61,935 bases of DNA from a virus (Duplodnaviria > Caudoviricetes), in IMG/VR virus record IMGVR_UViG_3300044724_001247, positions 1 to 61,935 of that record; one strand, given 5' to 3'. The position numbers and the translations under genes were made by a program. Positions 28,348 to 37,781 of the stretch are shown piece by piece (position 1 is the stretch's first letter; each line of letters starts with the position of its first letter). A model generated the notes under the pieces. That model searched no databases. It had not been told where the DNA came from and worked only from the letters and a program-made list of their open reading frames with translations.

Positions 28348-28888
28348 CTTTTCTTTCCCATTTTACGTAAAATCTATTTTGATCAGGCATGAATTCTGTT
28401 ATATTATACCCGAATTGTTCAGATAAGTCAAGGTGATTTTTCAATGTCCAATTAAAAAATGGCACTTTACCGACATTATTATTACCATGATCTCTGTGGC
28501 CCGGATTGCACCTCCAGTAGATACGGGACTCCGGTTTGAGTGCATTCACCATAGACTCAACTTGTGTTTCGATCACATTGTAGTCACCAAAATTCAGTGA
28601 TCCTAGAGCCAGCGCAACATCATACTTCTCATCAGTCTCGAAGTCTTCAATCGCAACTTGTTCGTCACTCCCAATATTGGTGATGTCGATACCGTGCAGA
28701 TTAGGTATGTGTCGCTTCAATGGGTTGATACCACATCCAACATCAAGAACCGTCTCACCTTCTCGAATCTCTTCGATCAGTCGGAACCCAGTCCAGTAGT
28801 ATCGGTCAAATCCTGCCGTCCTAGATGACGGCCAGTCGTAGGTAAAGTAGTCGTGCAACCACTCTCTATCATAAGTAAACATACACAC
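28322..28888 (-). CDS. Class I SAM-dependent methyltransferase
   Basis: VLDVGCG, GID, YDVALALGSLNF. Confidence 0.8.
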   Translation of the reverse strand: MCMFTYDREWLHDYFTYDWPSSRTAGFDRYYWTGFRLIEEIREGETVLDVGCGINPLKRHIPNLHGIDITNIGSDEQVAIEDFETDEKYDVALALGSLNFGDYNVIETQVESMVNALKPESRIYWRCNPGHRDHGNNNVGKVPFFNWTLKNHLDLSEQFGYNITEFMPDQNRFYVKWERKDEDIRSHP

Positions 28889-29444
28889 TCACATCCTTGC
28901 TTGCATAGTTATCTATGTCAACAGAACAATCCAATTTTAACAATTCAAGCACACCGATATTATTGTCACACCTTGTGACTCTGTCTTTATTCTTATAGAT
29001 GAAAGTCATTATCCCTTGATTCTGTCTCTGAATCTGTGCGAACATGTTGTCCTGATTCTTATACCAGTCGTACTTGGGATACGGAATATCAAACCCACCA
29101 CACTCGTTCCACCATTCCCAACACTCATAATCATTACGATAGACCATGATGATGGGATACTTCTTGTAGTTTTCCAGTTGGGTAGCAAGAGTGTGAGACT
29201 TGATCAGACGAACACCTTGGGGCACACTATCATCAAATGGCTTGTCCCAGTTCGAGGTCTCGAACTCAAACTCCATCATAGGGTCGAAGTATGCGCCACT
29301 ATGTAACCGAGTCTTGTTATGAGAGTAAGTTCTCTCAGGAGAATAGTCGCTCTGGTCAATGTCAAAAGACTTCCATATGTTATTTGCGACACCAGACCAT
29401 CGACTGCCTGGCGCACCTGTCATGAGTAAATATTTACCTTTCAC
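28869..29444 (-). CDS. P-loop / sulfotransferase-like protein
   Basis: MTGAPGSRWS, IKSH, MVYRN. Confidence 0.6.
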   Translation of the reverse strand: MKGKYLLMTGAPGSRWSGVANNIWKSFDIDQSDYSPERTYSHNKTRLHSGAYFDPMMEFEFETSNWDKPFDDSVPQGVRLIKSHTLATQLENYKKYPIIMVYRNDYECWEWWNECGGFDIPYPKYDWYKNQDNMFAQIQRQNQGIMTFIYKNKDRVTRCDNNIGVLELLKLDCSVDIDNYASKDVSVYVYL

Positions 29445-30081
29445 TTTTAGGCCTCAGTCCGTTCCATACCTGTTGATCCAACCAGTGTTGCTGTACGTGA
29501 TTCACGTACTTGGCATTCTGATTATCCGACAAGTCTCTTTCTACTCGTGGATCGTCATAGGCGATAGGGAACCCTATTTTTTCGGACAACCACTTCAAGT
29601 ACATACCTTTGTATAGGTACAGAGATTCGTGCGAGACAAACTCAAGATTCCACTGATTGGCACGGGCCCATCTTGGTTTAAGATTCTGATAATACTCAAG
29701 TGCAGTCGGGAGAGTTATCTCCTTTCTCACTCGTTTCTGCTGTTCCATGTTGATATTCTGTTCTCGCACCACAACACAGACCGTGACGATATACCCAGCA
29801 TCCTGCGCCTCGTAGATCACTTCTTGTATCTTGGGTACTTGTTTAACACCATCATAGACAAACGGGACACTGACATTCGCGACCATGAGATTCTCAGTCA
29901 GCATCTCCGATGTCTTCTCAGGATTGACCCAGCACTCAGCAAAGGGTTCTTCGTCACTGGGTATCCAGTACTTCTCACCGAAGTCCCATCCATGTACATC
30001 TGGATGGTAACCAAAGATCTTACTGAATAAGTGATTACCTGACCCTTGTGGGCCGGTCAAAATAACTAGTTTATTAGGCAA
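29434..30081 (-). CDS. P-loop / sulfotransferase-like protein
   Basis: LTGPQGSGNHLFSK, VVVRE, FVSHESL. Confidence 0.6.
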   Translation of the reverse strand: MPNKLVILTGPQGSGNHLFSKIFGYHPDVHGWDFGEKYWIPSDEEPFAECWVNPEKTSEMLTENLMVANVSVPFVYDGVKQVPKIQEVIYEAQDAGYIVTVCVVVREQNINMEQQKRVRKEITLPTALEYYQNLKPRWARANQWNLEFVSHESLYLYKGMYLKWLSEKIGFPIAYDDPRVERDLSDNQNAKYVNHVQQHWLDQQVWNGLRPKSER

Positions 30082-30623
30082 GTCGCCTCCAAAATTTCAC
30101 TGGGCACATACGGCATCGACATTCTTTCGGGATGCCAAACAATAGCGCAGATGTTGCCTTTATACCACGCTTCAACATCTCCATCTTCATCAGTACATAA
30201 TACTACACTATCTGGGGGTGGTTTGGCAACAAAAATATTATGATAACTGTTCACCGTATGGGGTGATCCGTTATTGTACACGAGATGATCAACCATCATG
30301 TGGTTTTGTTTTTCTCCGGTGCGACCACCAAGGATTTCCGTAAGTAGGAATGCCCCGTGACACACACCAAGAATAGGTTTCCCGAGCTTGACCATCTCAG
30401 TAGCAAGATAGATCTCTGTGGTGACACGAATCTCTTCGTTGCCGCCACCAGTAAGAATGAGAAGGTCTAGGGAATCTGCGAGAGTTTCATAATCTAAGTC
30501 TTCACGACAGTTTGGGATAGGAAGGAGTTCATGACCCGACAAGAACCGATACCAGTTCCGTTCCAGTGAGTCATGAACTATTCCGTTGTGCGTGAGGACT
30601 CGTTGAGAGAGTCCAATCTTCAT
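30066..30623 (-). CDS. Class I glutamine amidotransferase (peptidase C26 / gamma-glutamyl hydrolase)
   Basis: LTGGG, PILGVCHG, VNSYH, WHPE catalytic triad. Confidence 0.9.
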   Translation of the reverse strand: MKIGLSQRVLTHNGIVHDSLERNWYRFLSGHELLPIPNCREDLDYETLADSLDLLILTGGGNEEIRVTTEIYLATEMVKLGKPILGVCHGAFLLTEILGGRTGEKQNHMMVDHLVYNNGSPHTVNSYHNIFVAKPPPDSVVLCTDEDGDVEAWYKGNICAIVWHPERMSMPYVPSEILEATCLIN

Positions 30624-31322
30624 TTACCAGCCGTATGCCTCGTGCACGAGTTGTCGTGCAGCAGGAGTGTCAGTCGTGTTTCGACAGTTGATCTCAAACA
30701 TGTCGTGACGGATCTTTTCGACCAATTCCATGACACGATCCTGTACAGCTTTAGTCGTTGCTAACTGTTCTAGTTTCCAACCACCGATACTGGAATGGAA
30801 CCCTTCATCTCGCGCAATGGTTCGATAACGAGTAGAGATAAAGTTGTCCTTAATGGTATCTGCCATCTGATCCCAGACTGCCTCAGCGCGACCTTCAGCG
30901 ACCAGTTGGTATGCTGCCAGTGCGGCTTCGTCTTCTGCACAGTTGAGTTCCTCCAACAGTACAGCACCCTTCGCGGTGTTGAGTTTACGTTCACGGGCAA
31001 GTTCTGCCTCTACGTCTACCTCTTCACCAGAGATGTGTTCGATGACTTCCTTCACCATACGGAAGTGTTTTGCCTCATCGTTTGCCTGACGGGTCAACAA
31101 CATAAGTTCCTTTGCTGACATGTCATCGGGTGCATTGGCAACACGCTGAGAGATCTCGGTCATGTTCATACGTTCATTGACCATACGGCCAACGAAGTGA
31201 TCTACCATCTCTTCTTCAGAGAGGTCACCCTCGAAGTATGCCCTGACATTCATCTTGGATGCTTCAAACAGTGCTTCATTATCCTCACGGATATTCTTTA
31301 CAAACTCTTTTGGGTCTAACAT
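30624..31322 (-). CDS. Ferritin-like diiron four-helix-bundle protein
   Basis: Paired E...DEAKH and E...DEGFH motifs. Confidence 0.8.
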   Translation of the reverse strand: MLDPKEFVKNIREDNEALFEASKMNVRAYFEGDLSEEEMVDHFVGRMVNERMNMTEISQRVANAPDDMSAKELMLLTRQANDEAKHFRMVKEVIEHISGEEVDVEAELARERKLNTAKGAVLLEELNCAEDEAALAAYQLVAEGRAEAVWDQMADTIKDNFISTRYRTIARDEGFHSSIGGWKLEQLATTKAVQDRVMELVEKIRHDMFEINCRNTTDTPAARQLVHEAYGW

Positions 31323-31359
31323 AGGTTTCTCCTATTCACTCTATTGATATAACCATATT

Positions 31360-31367
31360 TATTTATA
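31360..31367 (-). promoter_or_regulatory. Late promoter TATAAATA
   Basis: Exact consensus upstream of the ferritin-like gene, which has an AGGAG SD. Confidence 0.75.
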
Positions 31368-32154
31368 CGATTTGTTTCATCAACTCCTTGACATTTTCCC
31401 CTCGAGCCGGTAGTTTGTCTTTCAGAAAGAAGTGCACAAAGTGACAGTCCTTGAGGTTCTGTACGGCACTGAACAGGCCATTCCATCTATTACTCATGTG
31501 TTTGGTTGGGATCTTATACTTCTTCAGAAAGTAGTTCAGGAGAGTCTGATCCGTACTCCACTTGTAGGTGCCAACACCATCAACAAAGTCCTTGAACTCT
31601 ACACGCATCAGAAAGTCATGAGGAGTCTGTCCCTTTAGATAGGGTTTGAATAACTTGCTGTTCAGCAGTATCAGACCCATGTTAAAAAACTCATACCCAT
31701 GAGTACCACTTGGTTTGAAATCAATACCAGAAGAGTGTAGTCCTTGATACTGCATACGGGAGTAGTTCTTAATCTTTTTGACATACCACGCTTCACAATC
31801 CATCTCGCGTTCAGCCACTGCACCAAAGGCATGATCCGTTCCAAACTCCTCAAAGATGTTTGGTGCGTCTGGACGGATATAGATGTCTGCATCCACGATT
31901 GCAATCTGATCATAGTCATCTAGAAACTCAAACGCATTCTCCTTCTCGTAGATAGGAAGGTATCCTCCATACTTCATATAAGACTCTTCACTACGGCCAC
32001 TGGAAAAGAGATCAGGTTTGATTCGCAGCTTAGGTTGAGACAATACGATATGCTTGATATCATATTTGTCACAGTAGTCCGATACTGACTCAATGCAGTG
32101 ATCGTATAGTTTGGACGGTTTGCCTACCGCCACTTGGAATATCATTCGTTCCAT
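31363..32154 (-). CDS. GT-A glycosyltransferase (GT8-like)
   Basis: IVDADI (DxD), FNMG, TDQTLLN, WN, FVHF. Confidence 0.8.
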   Translation of the reverse strand: MERMIFQVAVGKPSKLYDHCIESVSDYCDKYDIKHIVLSQPKLRIKPDLFSSGRSEESYMKYGGYLPIYEKENAFEFLDDYDQIAIVDADIYIRPDAPNIFEEFGTDHAFGAVAEREMDCEAWYVKKIKNYSRMQYQGLHSSGIDFKPSGTHGYEFFNMGLILLNSKLFKPYLKGQTPHDFLMRVEFKDFVDGVGTYKWSTDQTLLNYFLKKYKIPTKHMSNRWNGLFSAVQNLKDCHFVHFFLKDKLPARGENVKELMKQIV

Positions 32155-33011
32155 TGGAAATCCACTTTTTGTTTTGTTACGTTCAGAAATGTTCGTAGGG
32201 ATGGATCTATGATACGAACAATTGCAGCAAGACCGTTAACATTTATGTGTCTCCGTTTATTCGCCAACAATTGATGCCATCCCCACTCTGATGGATATAG
32301 TTTTTCCTGTGATGACAATTCGAGAGCATTACCATCATAGTCGCTGCGCTTGAACCCTATACAGAAATCCGATAGGAAGTTGTCGTACCTGTATCCTAGA
32401 ACCTCGTTATCGTTTTCCACCAAAGTGTATTCACCGGACTCACACTGGTCTCTCGTAATCTCACGCATTCTACGAGTTCGGTCATATCTAATCTTCCACA
32501 TACCAAGTTGGCCAGCGTATAAACTCCCATTCTCTATACTGATGTTATATCCTACCACACCTTGGTCTACTAAGTCAAGTGATTTTTTTAGATCAAACTT
32601 GTTACTGATCCAAGTATCCCAGCGGACACGATAGTAGTAATCATATTCTTTTGTGAGAGATTGCCAAAGGTTCTGGAACCCCAAGTGTTGGGCTGTGCGA
32701 TTGAGGTAAGTACTCAAACGTGTATTCATATATTTATTGTATTGATCTGCGAACTTGTCCGGTAGAATATTATCCTCTATAGCCAACACATATGGGTTGT
32801 AACCAATTCTCGGTTGTATTGTCCAAAAAATTCTATCTGCGTAAGGGAATCCCGAAGTATTGATTTTGAGTCTATTTTCGTCGGTGTCCCACATCTGATA
32901 ATAGAAGTCACATCCCTCGAAGGCTCGTTGTAGTCTGTGATGACATTCCATCAACATCCATGGAGGTATCTCCGAAGGATATATCCCATTCACGAGCACA
33001 GCGATACGCAT
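32142..33011 (-). CDS. Putative glycosyltransferase-like protein
   Basis: MRIAVLVNG, YDYYYRVRWD, EWGWHQLL; paralog of 24365-25198. Confidence 0.6.
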   Translation of the reverse strand: MRIAVLVNGIYPSEIPPWMLMECHHRLQRAFEGCDFYYQMWDTDENRLKINTSGFPYADRIFWTIQPRIGYNPYVLAIEDNILPDKFADQYNKYMNTRLSTYLNRTAQHLGFQNLWQSLTKEYDYYYRVRWDTWISNKFDLKKSLDLVDQGVVGYNISIENGSLYAGQLGMWKIRYDRTRRMREITRDQCESGEYTLVENDNEVLGYRYDNFLSDFCIGFKRSDYDGNALELSSQEKLYPSEWGWHQLLANKRRHINVNGLAAIVRIIDPSLRTFLNVTKQKVDFQWNE

Positions 33012-33637
33012 CAGTGACCTACCGTGCCACCAATGGTCTGATCGTAGACTGGTCTGCAATACTTTGTAATCAGGTTCAAGTCTCTGTCCAGTTTGTCAAA
33101 CATTATATCATCAATGTATCTAGTGTGGACTTCAGTCACACATTCGAGAAGCAACTCCTCTGCCACATCAGGCTCGATGTAGTATGCTGACGTTATGGGG
33201 CAGAGTTTCAGATCCCACCAGTATGGGTGACCCCTGAACCTATCACAGTAGTTGTGAAACTCATCGTCGTTTTGAAACTGACAGATAGAGAAGTAAGGAG
33301 CAATGATAGGCATCTCGGAGGTCAGGCACTCGGTGTCATGTTCGATCACCGTGATAGGCTTGTCCTCCTCGACGCACTTCTCCCAGAGAAGATAGTGACT
33401 ATACCAACACCCCATTTCTGAAGGAGTATAGTCACGTTTCCCATGGTACTGATCGATCTGTATATCGTTGTACAGATGCAGAGTCTCTGGCGTTACCGCA
33501 TCAAACATATTCACATGAAAACCATGTGATTCCCAACTTGGTAGTACCTGTTTTACATAGTGTTGAGATACCTGATTGTCAGGCATCTGTATCATCCATA
33601 TGTTATCGGTAATCGTTGAGGTCAAACTCTGTACCAT
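33011..33637 (-). CDS. Glycosyltransferase family 25
   Basis: FDAVTP, EMGCWYSHYLLW, VIEHD, SAYYIEP; start uncertain. Confidence 0.82.
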   Translation of the reverse strand: MVQSLTSTITDNIWMIQMPDNQVSQHYVKQVLPSWESHGFHVNMFDAVTPETLHLYNDIQIDQYHGKRDYTPSEMGCWYSHYLLWEKCVEEDKPITVIEHDTECLTSEMPIIAPYFSICQFQNDDEFHNYCDRFRGHPYWWDLKLCPITSAYYIEPDVAEELLLECVTEVHTRYIDDIMFDKLDRDLNLITKYCRPVYDQTIGGTVGH

Positions 33638-34565
33638 GCATCTTCATCAAATCACGTTCATGATTCGTGTACACTAGGACTTCTGGATCATCCAGAAGAA
33701 AGTCGCAACTACGGCAATAATCGGGGTAGCTTCCACTAGTGTGATCATTACGAAGCTTAGTGTACTCTTCACCGTACCAAATCTCTTCGATAGTGTTTTC
33801 GCTAGTGTGTCCCAAGACGGCCAGTTCGTCTTGTCCGAGTACTTGGCAACAAGGAGCGACAGCGCCTCTTTTACCATCCCTACCACCAGCACGAATAACA
33901 ACATCAGGACTGAAAGGTCTTCCACAGGTCTTTACCTCACCGTTACGCTGGTTGTCTCCTATATTGTAGACACCAGACCAGTTATGCATTTTCCATATCT
34001 CAGTCTTGACTCCAAGGTCATCGACTAATTTACGGTATTGATTCAATTCAGATTCTAGGTTGTTATTGTCGGTAATCAAGTGATAGGTTGCAACAACACA
34101 ATCACTCTCAGTCTTATCAACATACGCTTTCATTTGTCGTATGTTCTCTACAATGTTATTGAAGTTGCCTCCAATAGTATTGTTCATCCACTCGTCATAC
34201 TTTGCGGGGTTATACCCAATGAACGAGAATCGATAGAAGTCAAGTCCCGCATCTACACAGTCAGCCATAAACTGACCACGCATACGAAACCCATTGGAGA
34301 ACATAAATGCCTTTGCACCATACTTCTTTACGATCTTGATGTACTCAGGCAAATTACGGTTGAGTGTGGGTTCTCCACTTCCCTCTAGGTTAACTATACG
34401 CAGACCGTGTTGTGCACAGTCAGCCACGTTTTGTTCAAACTCTTCGAGTGACATCTTTGCGAGGAAGTCTTTGTGTCTACCTCCGGTACGCATATCTTGG
34501 GGACACATAGTACACGAGTAGTTGCATCCACCATTGATCTCAATGACCGCACGGTCTATGTTCAT
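33603..34565 (-). CDS. Radical SAM / SPASM-domain protein
   Basis: CNYSCTMC, GEPTL, C-terminal C..PCC..CRSC. Confidence 0.92.
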   Translation of the reverse strand: MNIDRAVIEINGGCNYSCTMCPQDMRTGGRHKDFLAKMSLEEFEQNVADCAQHGLRIVNLEGSGEPTLNRNLPEYIKIVKKYGAKAFMFSNGFRMRGQFMADCVDAGLDFYRFSFIGYNPAKYDEWMNNTIGGNFNNIVENIRQMKAYVDKTESDCVVATYHLITDNNNLESELNQYRKLVDDLGVKTEIWKMHNWSGVYNIGDNQRNGEVKTCGRPFSPDVVIRAGGRDGKRGAVAPCCQVLGQDELAVLGHTSENTIEEIWYGEEYTKLRNDHTSGSYPDYCRSCDFLLDDPEVLVYTNHERDLMKMHGTEFDLNDYR

Positions 34566-34611
34566 AGAAAAATGACCCATTCCATGACTGTTACGTCTTC
34601 CAATTTCTTCA

Positions 34612-35409
34612 TCAATAATACCGCCGTTGTAATAGGTCTATATATTCTTTTGCTCTGACTTTCATTTCAGTTAGGTTGGGTGTGAACGATTCACCACCAT
34701 CAGCAAAGAACTCTAATGTCTGATGACGATTAGGTCTCTGCACTACTTGCGGAGTATGATAGCTTGTGATACCTTCCCATGAAGGAATGAATATTGGTTT
34801 TGCAAAATTCCTTGCGATGTAGTGCCACATTCCATCGTAACAAACAATGAAGTCTGCTTCTTGTATCTGCTTGAAGGCATCTTTGATAGGTGTTCTGTAG
34901 GTTAATTCAACTAGTATCCAACCCTCCCAGCGCAGCAAGCTTATTATATCATACCAATCATCTTTTGTCAAGAACCTTTTCCATTTTCTTGGCGGCTCAC
35001 TGTTGTAGGTTGGCGTCCACACTACGATTTTCTTTTTCTTCGGAACAAAGACCTCAGGCTTGAAGATCCAGTCATTGTGTGGTGCGTCAGTTGGTTTCCA
35101 TGCGTTGGAATCAAAGTAGAAGCGGTGTTTCTTCTTGTTGGGGTTTACGTTCCCGTGTTCAAATAGATCTGACTCATAGACATGGGTGAGTGTAACCTCA
35201 TCTTGACGATGGTATTGATTATGAATCCACTCCATGCGCTGGATGATAGTCTCAGGATCTTTTGGGTGGTGAAGATAGTCCTCACCATGCTCCCAGTGCA
35301 TTTCAAGATGAACCTTTGTCTTGTTTACAAAAGAATAGTTGTGACAGACATTGAGGGCGTGCATAGCATCACCGACACCCCATGTTCCACGCCACCGAAC
35401 CTTTTCCAT
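34612..35409 (-). CDS. GT-B glycosyltransferase-like protein (GT9/heptosyltransferase-like)
   Basis: GVGDAM N-terminus; IQEADFIVCYDGMWHYIA..KP. Confidence 0.62.
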   Translation of the reverse strand: MEKVRWRGTWGVGDAMHALNVCHNYSFVNKTKVHLEMHWEHGEDYLHHPKDPETIIQRMEWIHNQYHRQDEVTLTHVYESDLFEHGNVNPNKKKHRFYFDSNAWKPTDAPHNDWIFKPEVFVPKKKKIVVWTPTYNSEPPRKWKRFLTKDDWYDIISLLRWEGWILVELTYRTPIKDAFKQIQEADFIVCYDGMWHYIARNFAKPIFIPSWEGITSYHTPQVVQRPNRHQTLEFFADGGESFTPNLTEMKVRAKEYIDLLQRRYY

Positions 35410-35735
35410 TACTTAGGTTTCTGGTATGCCTGTGCACCAAAGAAGGCTGCGACGATGGCAGCAACGGATACAAAGTAAACTGACGCAATATCCCCAATGA
35501 TCTCAGCAGCTTTATCTAATCCAAACAGGACAGTCAAGAACACACCTAAAGGATAGTTCAACATACCCAATAGAGAGAACCATGCCATCTTCCGTTGTGC
35601 GTCACGCATTGCATCCGCATCTTCAAGTTCTTTGCGTTTGAACTCAAGATACATCTCTTGTTCTTCTGCTGTTACTTTACCATCACCGTTTGTATCGGCT
35701 GGGTGATGTCCTGTCTTTGCAATATCTTCGCCCAT
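35409..35735 (-). CDS. EF-hand-like membrane protein (2 TM)
   Basis: DTNGDGKVTAEE followed by two hydrophobic helices. Confidence 0.75.
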   Translation of the reverse strand: MGEDIAKTGHHPADTNGDGKVTAEEQEMYLEFKRKELEDADAMRDAQRKMAWFSLLGMLNYPLGVFLTVLFGLDKAAEIIGDIASVYFVSVAAIVAAFFGAQAYQKPK

Positions 35736-35736
35736 T

Positions 35737-36249
35737 TTATTCTCCGTTTAGTGTGCTTCCTGCCATATCGATATTAAAACCTATCACAAGTTTGCGTCCT
35801 CGGTGGACGGGTTTTCCTCTGTGGGGTAACATAGCAGGAAAGACTATGAAATCCCCTTCACCCATTTTATGTCTATACCCAAGTAACTCTGTGGCGTATT
35901 CTTCTTCACATACTATATGTAGGACAGCAGATAAGTTACACCCTTCATGTGTATGCCATCCAAAGTCTGCCCCATTGAAATACTCGGCAAACCACACTCG
36001 TTTTATATCCAAGAGCTCACAGTGGTATTGACGCATGTAGTTTTCTAATGCGGGTTTCACCATTCTAGTTACGATGGGTTCATAAGTTGTTCGACTGACA
36101 TCCCTGTGTAACTTGTAATCAGAATTAGACATCTTCGCGAAGCGAGTATCGTTGTTGCGTTTGATTTGATCTACGTGACCAAGAATCTCCACTCGGTCTT
36201 TTTCAAATCGTTCTCCTCGCAGATCATAGGTCTTTACCCACTCAGCCAT
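35737..36249 (-). CDS. 2OG-Fe(II) oxygenase
   Basis: WHTH, EGDFIVFPAMLPH, K..IGFNI. Confidence 0.8.
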   Translation of the reverse strand: MAEWVKTYDLRGERFEKDRVEILGHVDQIKRNNDTRFAKMSNSDYKLHRDVSRTTYEPIVTRMVKPALENYMRQYHCELLDIKRVWFAEYFNGADFGWHTHEGCNLSAVLHIVCEEEYATELLGYRHKMGEGDFIVFPAMLPHRGKPVHRGRKLVIGFNIDMAGSTLNGE

Positions 36250-37766
36250 CAGAATACCTTTACGTTATACTTGCGTTCCCACTCTTCGGCATCTTCTATG
36301 GTGTTCACCATCGGTCTGTTGCGTATGTTCAGAGATGTGTTCAACAACATAGGAACACCCGTCAACTCGTAGTACTCCTCTAGAATTTGACGTAAGACGG
36401 ACTCACAATCGGGTTTGACCAACTGCACTCTCGCTGTACCGTCTACATGGGTGACCGATGAGTAGTCATGTTTTGCCTTTGCAGTATACTGCATATACTC
36501 GTTCATAGGCCCTTCAAAATACTCGTCAGCGTACTCAGAAAGGATAGCGGGTGCAAAGGGTCTAAACTTATGTCTACGTTTGATCATATTGACGGTGTCT
36601 TTTACATCATACCGTACATCCGCCAACAGAGAACGATTACCAAGTGCGCGAGGCCCATACTCAGCACGACCATTCGCAACACCACATATTTTCACATCAA
36701 CAAGGTATTGAGCGACTGCCTTGGGGTCTATGGGACGATCAATGTTGTGACCAAGGTATGGAGTACACTTTACATTGTCCCCGCCTGTGGCCTTGTGCCA
36801 CGAGTACAGGGCACACCCTAGTGCGTTACCCGCATCATTTGGTGCAATGGCGATATGCATGTCATCGAACAGTTCGTAGATCTTAGAGTTCGCGGTCACG
36901 TTCTGTGCACAACCGCCACTGTAGACGAGTTTGGAACCGTACTTACGCGCTTCCTTCATCACCTTGAGTACTTCAACCTCAAAGAACTTCTGTATAGTTG
37001 CACTGGCATCTTCTTCTGAGATACCCTTGATTCGTTTCAGAATCTTGTTCTCATAGTCAACATACTTTGCAGACAAGGCACTCTCCGCGATACAGTGTCC
37101 CTCGAAGTCTACTATCTGCCTCACATTACGACCATGCTCGCTTTCAAACCAATAGTACATATTGTGAAGGATGTCATAGAGAGTCTTATCTACTTGACCA
37201 TATGATGCCAGACCCATGACAATATATTCGTCTCTTAATGCCTTGAATCCTAGAGCAGATGTTACTGTCCCGTACATAGACCCCAAGGATTGAGGCCACA
37301 GTATTTGTTTGATCGTCTTGAAGTTGTGGTCTTTGATGACCAAAGACTCTAGTTCACCAGAACCGTCAACAGACACCATGACAGTGTCTTCTTTTGATTC
37401 CCACGGACGAGTCAGAAATGCTAGGGCGCAGTGACTCTCGTGATGTTCGTTAAAGGTATCAAAGGTAAGGGAGTTCCGCATGGGATATGCGGTATCAATC
37501 CAACCTCGTTTTGCCTTTCTAGCAACATCTGGATTATTTTGGAAGGTACGCATACCACCCATCTTTTCCCTACGAAGATCTGCGTCCTCGTAATAGGTGA
37601 CATGATCGTCTTTATTTACAAACGACCACATCTCTGGGGGTATCAAGTGATCCATCTTCAGACCACTGTACCGTTCTGCTTGGGACGCAAATTCTACCGA
37701 ACCGTCTTGATTGACGATGGCAAGACTCGCGTCATGAAAAAACTCTGAAAAACCTACATATCTCAT
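36249..37766 (-). CDS. Carbamoyltransferase (NodU/CmcH family)
   Basis: HDAS, ERYS, HHESH, SGGCAQN, GPRALGNRS, FRPFAP, HVDGTARVQ, LLNTSLN. Confidence 0.95.
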   Translation of the reverse strand: MRYVGFSEFFHDASLAIVNQDGSVEFASQAERYSGLKMDHLIPPEMWSFVNKDDHVTYYEDADLRREKMGGMRTFQNNPDVARKAKRGWIDTAYPMRNSLTFDTFNEHHESHCALAFLTRPWESKEDTVMVSVDGSGELESLVIKDHNFKTIKQILWPQSLGSMYGTVTSALGFKALRDEYIVMGLASYGQVDKTLYDILHNMYYWFESEHGRNVRQIVDFEGHCIAESALSAKYVDYENKILKRIKGISEEDASATIQKFFEVEVLKVMKEARKYGSKLVYSGGCAQNVTANSKIYELFDDMHIAIAPNDAGNALGCALYSWHKATGGDNVKCTPYLGHNIDRPIDPKAVAQYLVDVKICGVANGRAEYGPRALGNRSLLADVRYDVKDTVNMIKRRHKFRPFAPAILSEYADEYFEGPMNEYMQYTAKAKHDYSSVTHVDGTARVQLVKPDCESVLRQILEEYYELTGVPMLLNTSLNIRNRPMVNTIEDAEEWERKYNVKVF

Positions 37767-37771
37767 GTAAG

Positions 37772-37779
37772 TATGTATA
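37772..37779 (-). promoter_or_regulatory. Late-promoter variant TATACATA
   Basis: One mismatch to consensus; 5 nt upstream of the ATG at 37766. Confidence 0.65.
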
Positions 37780-37781
37780 CA

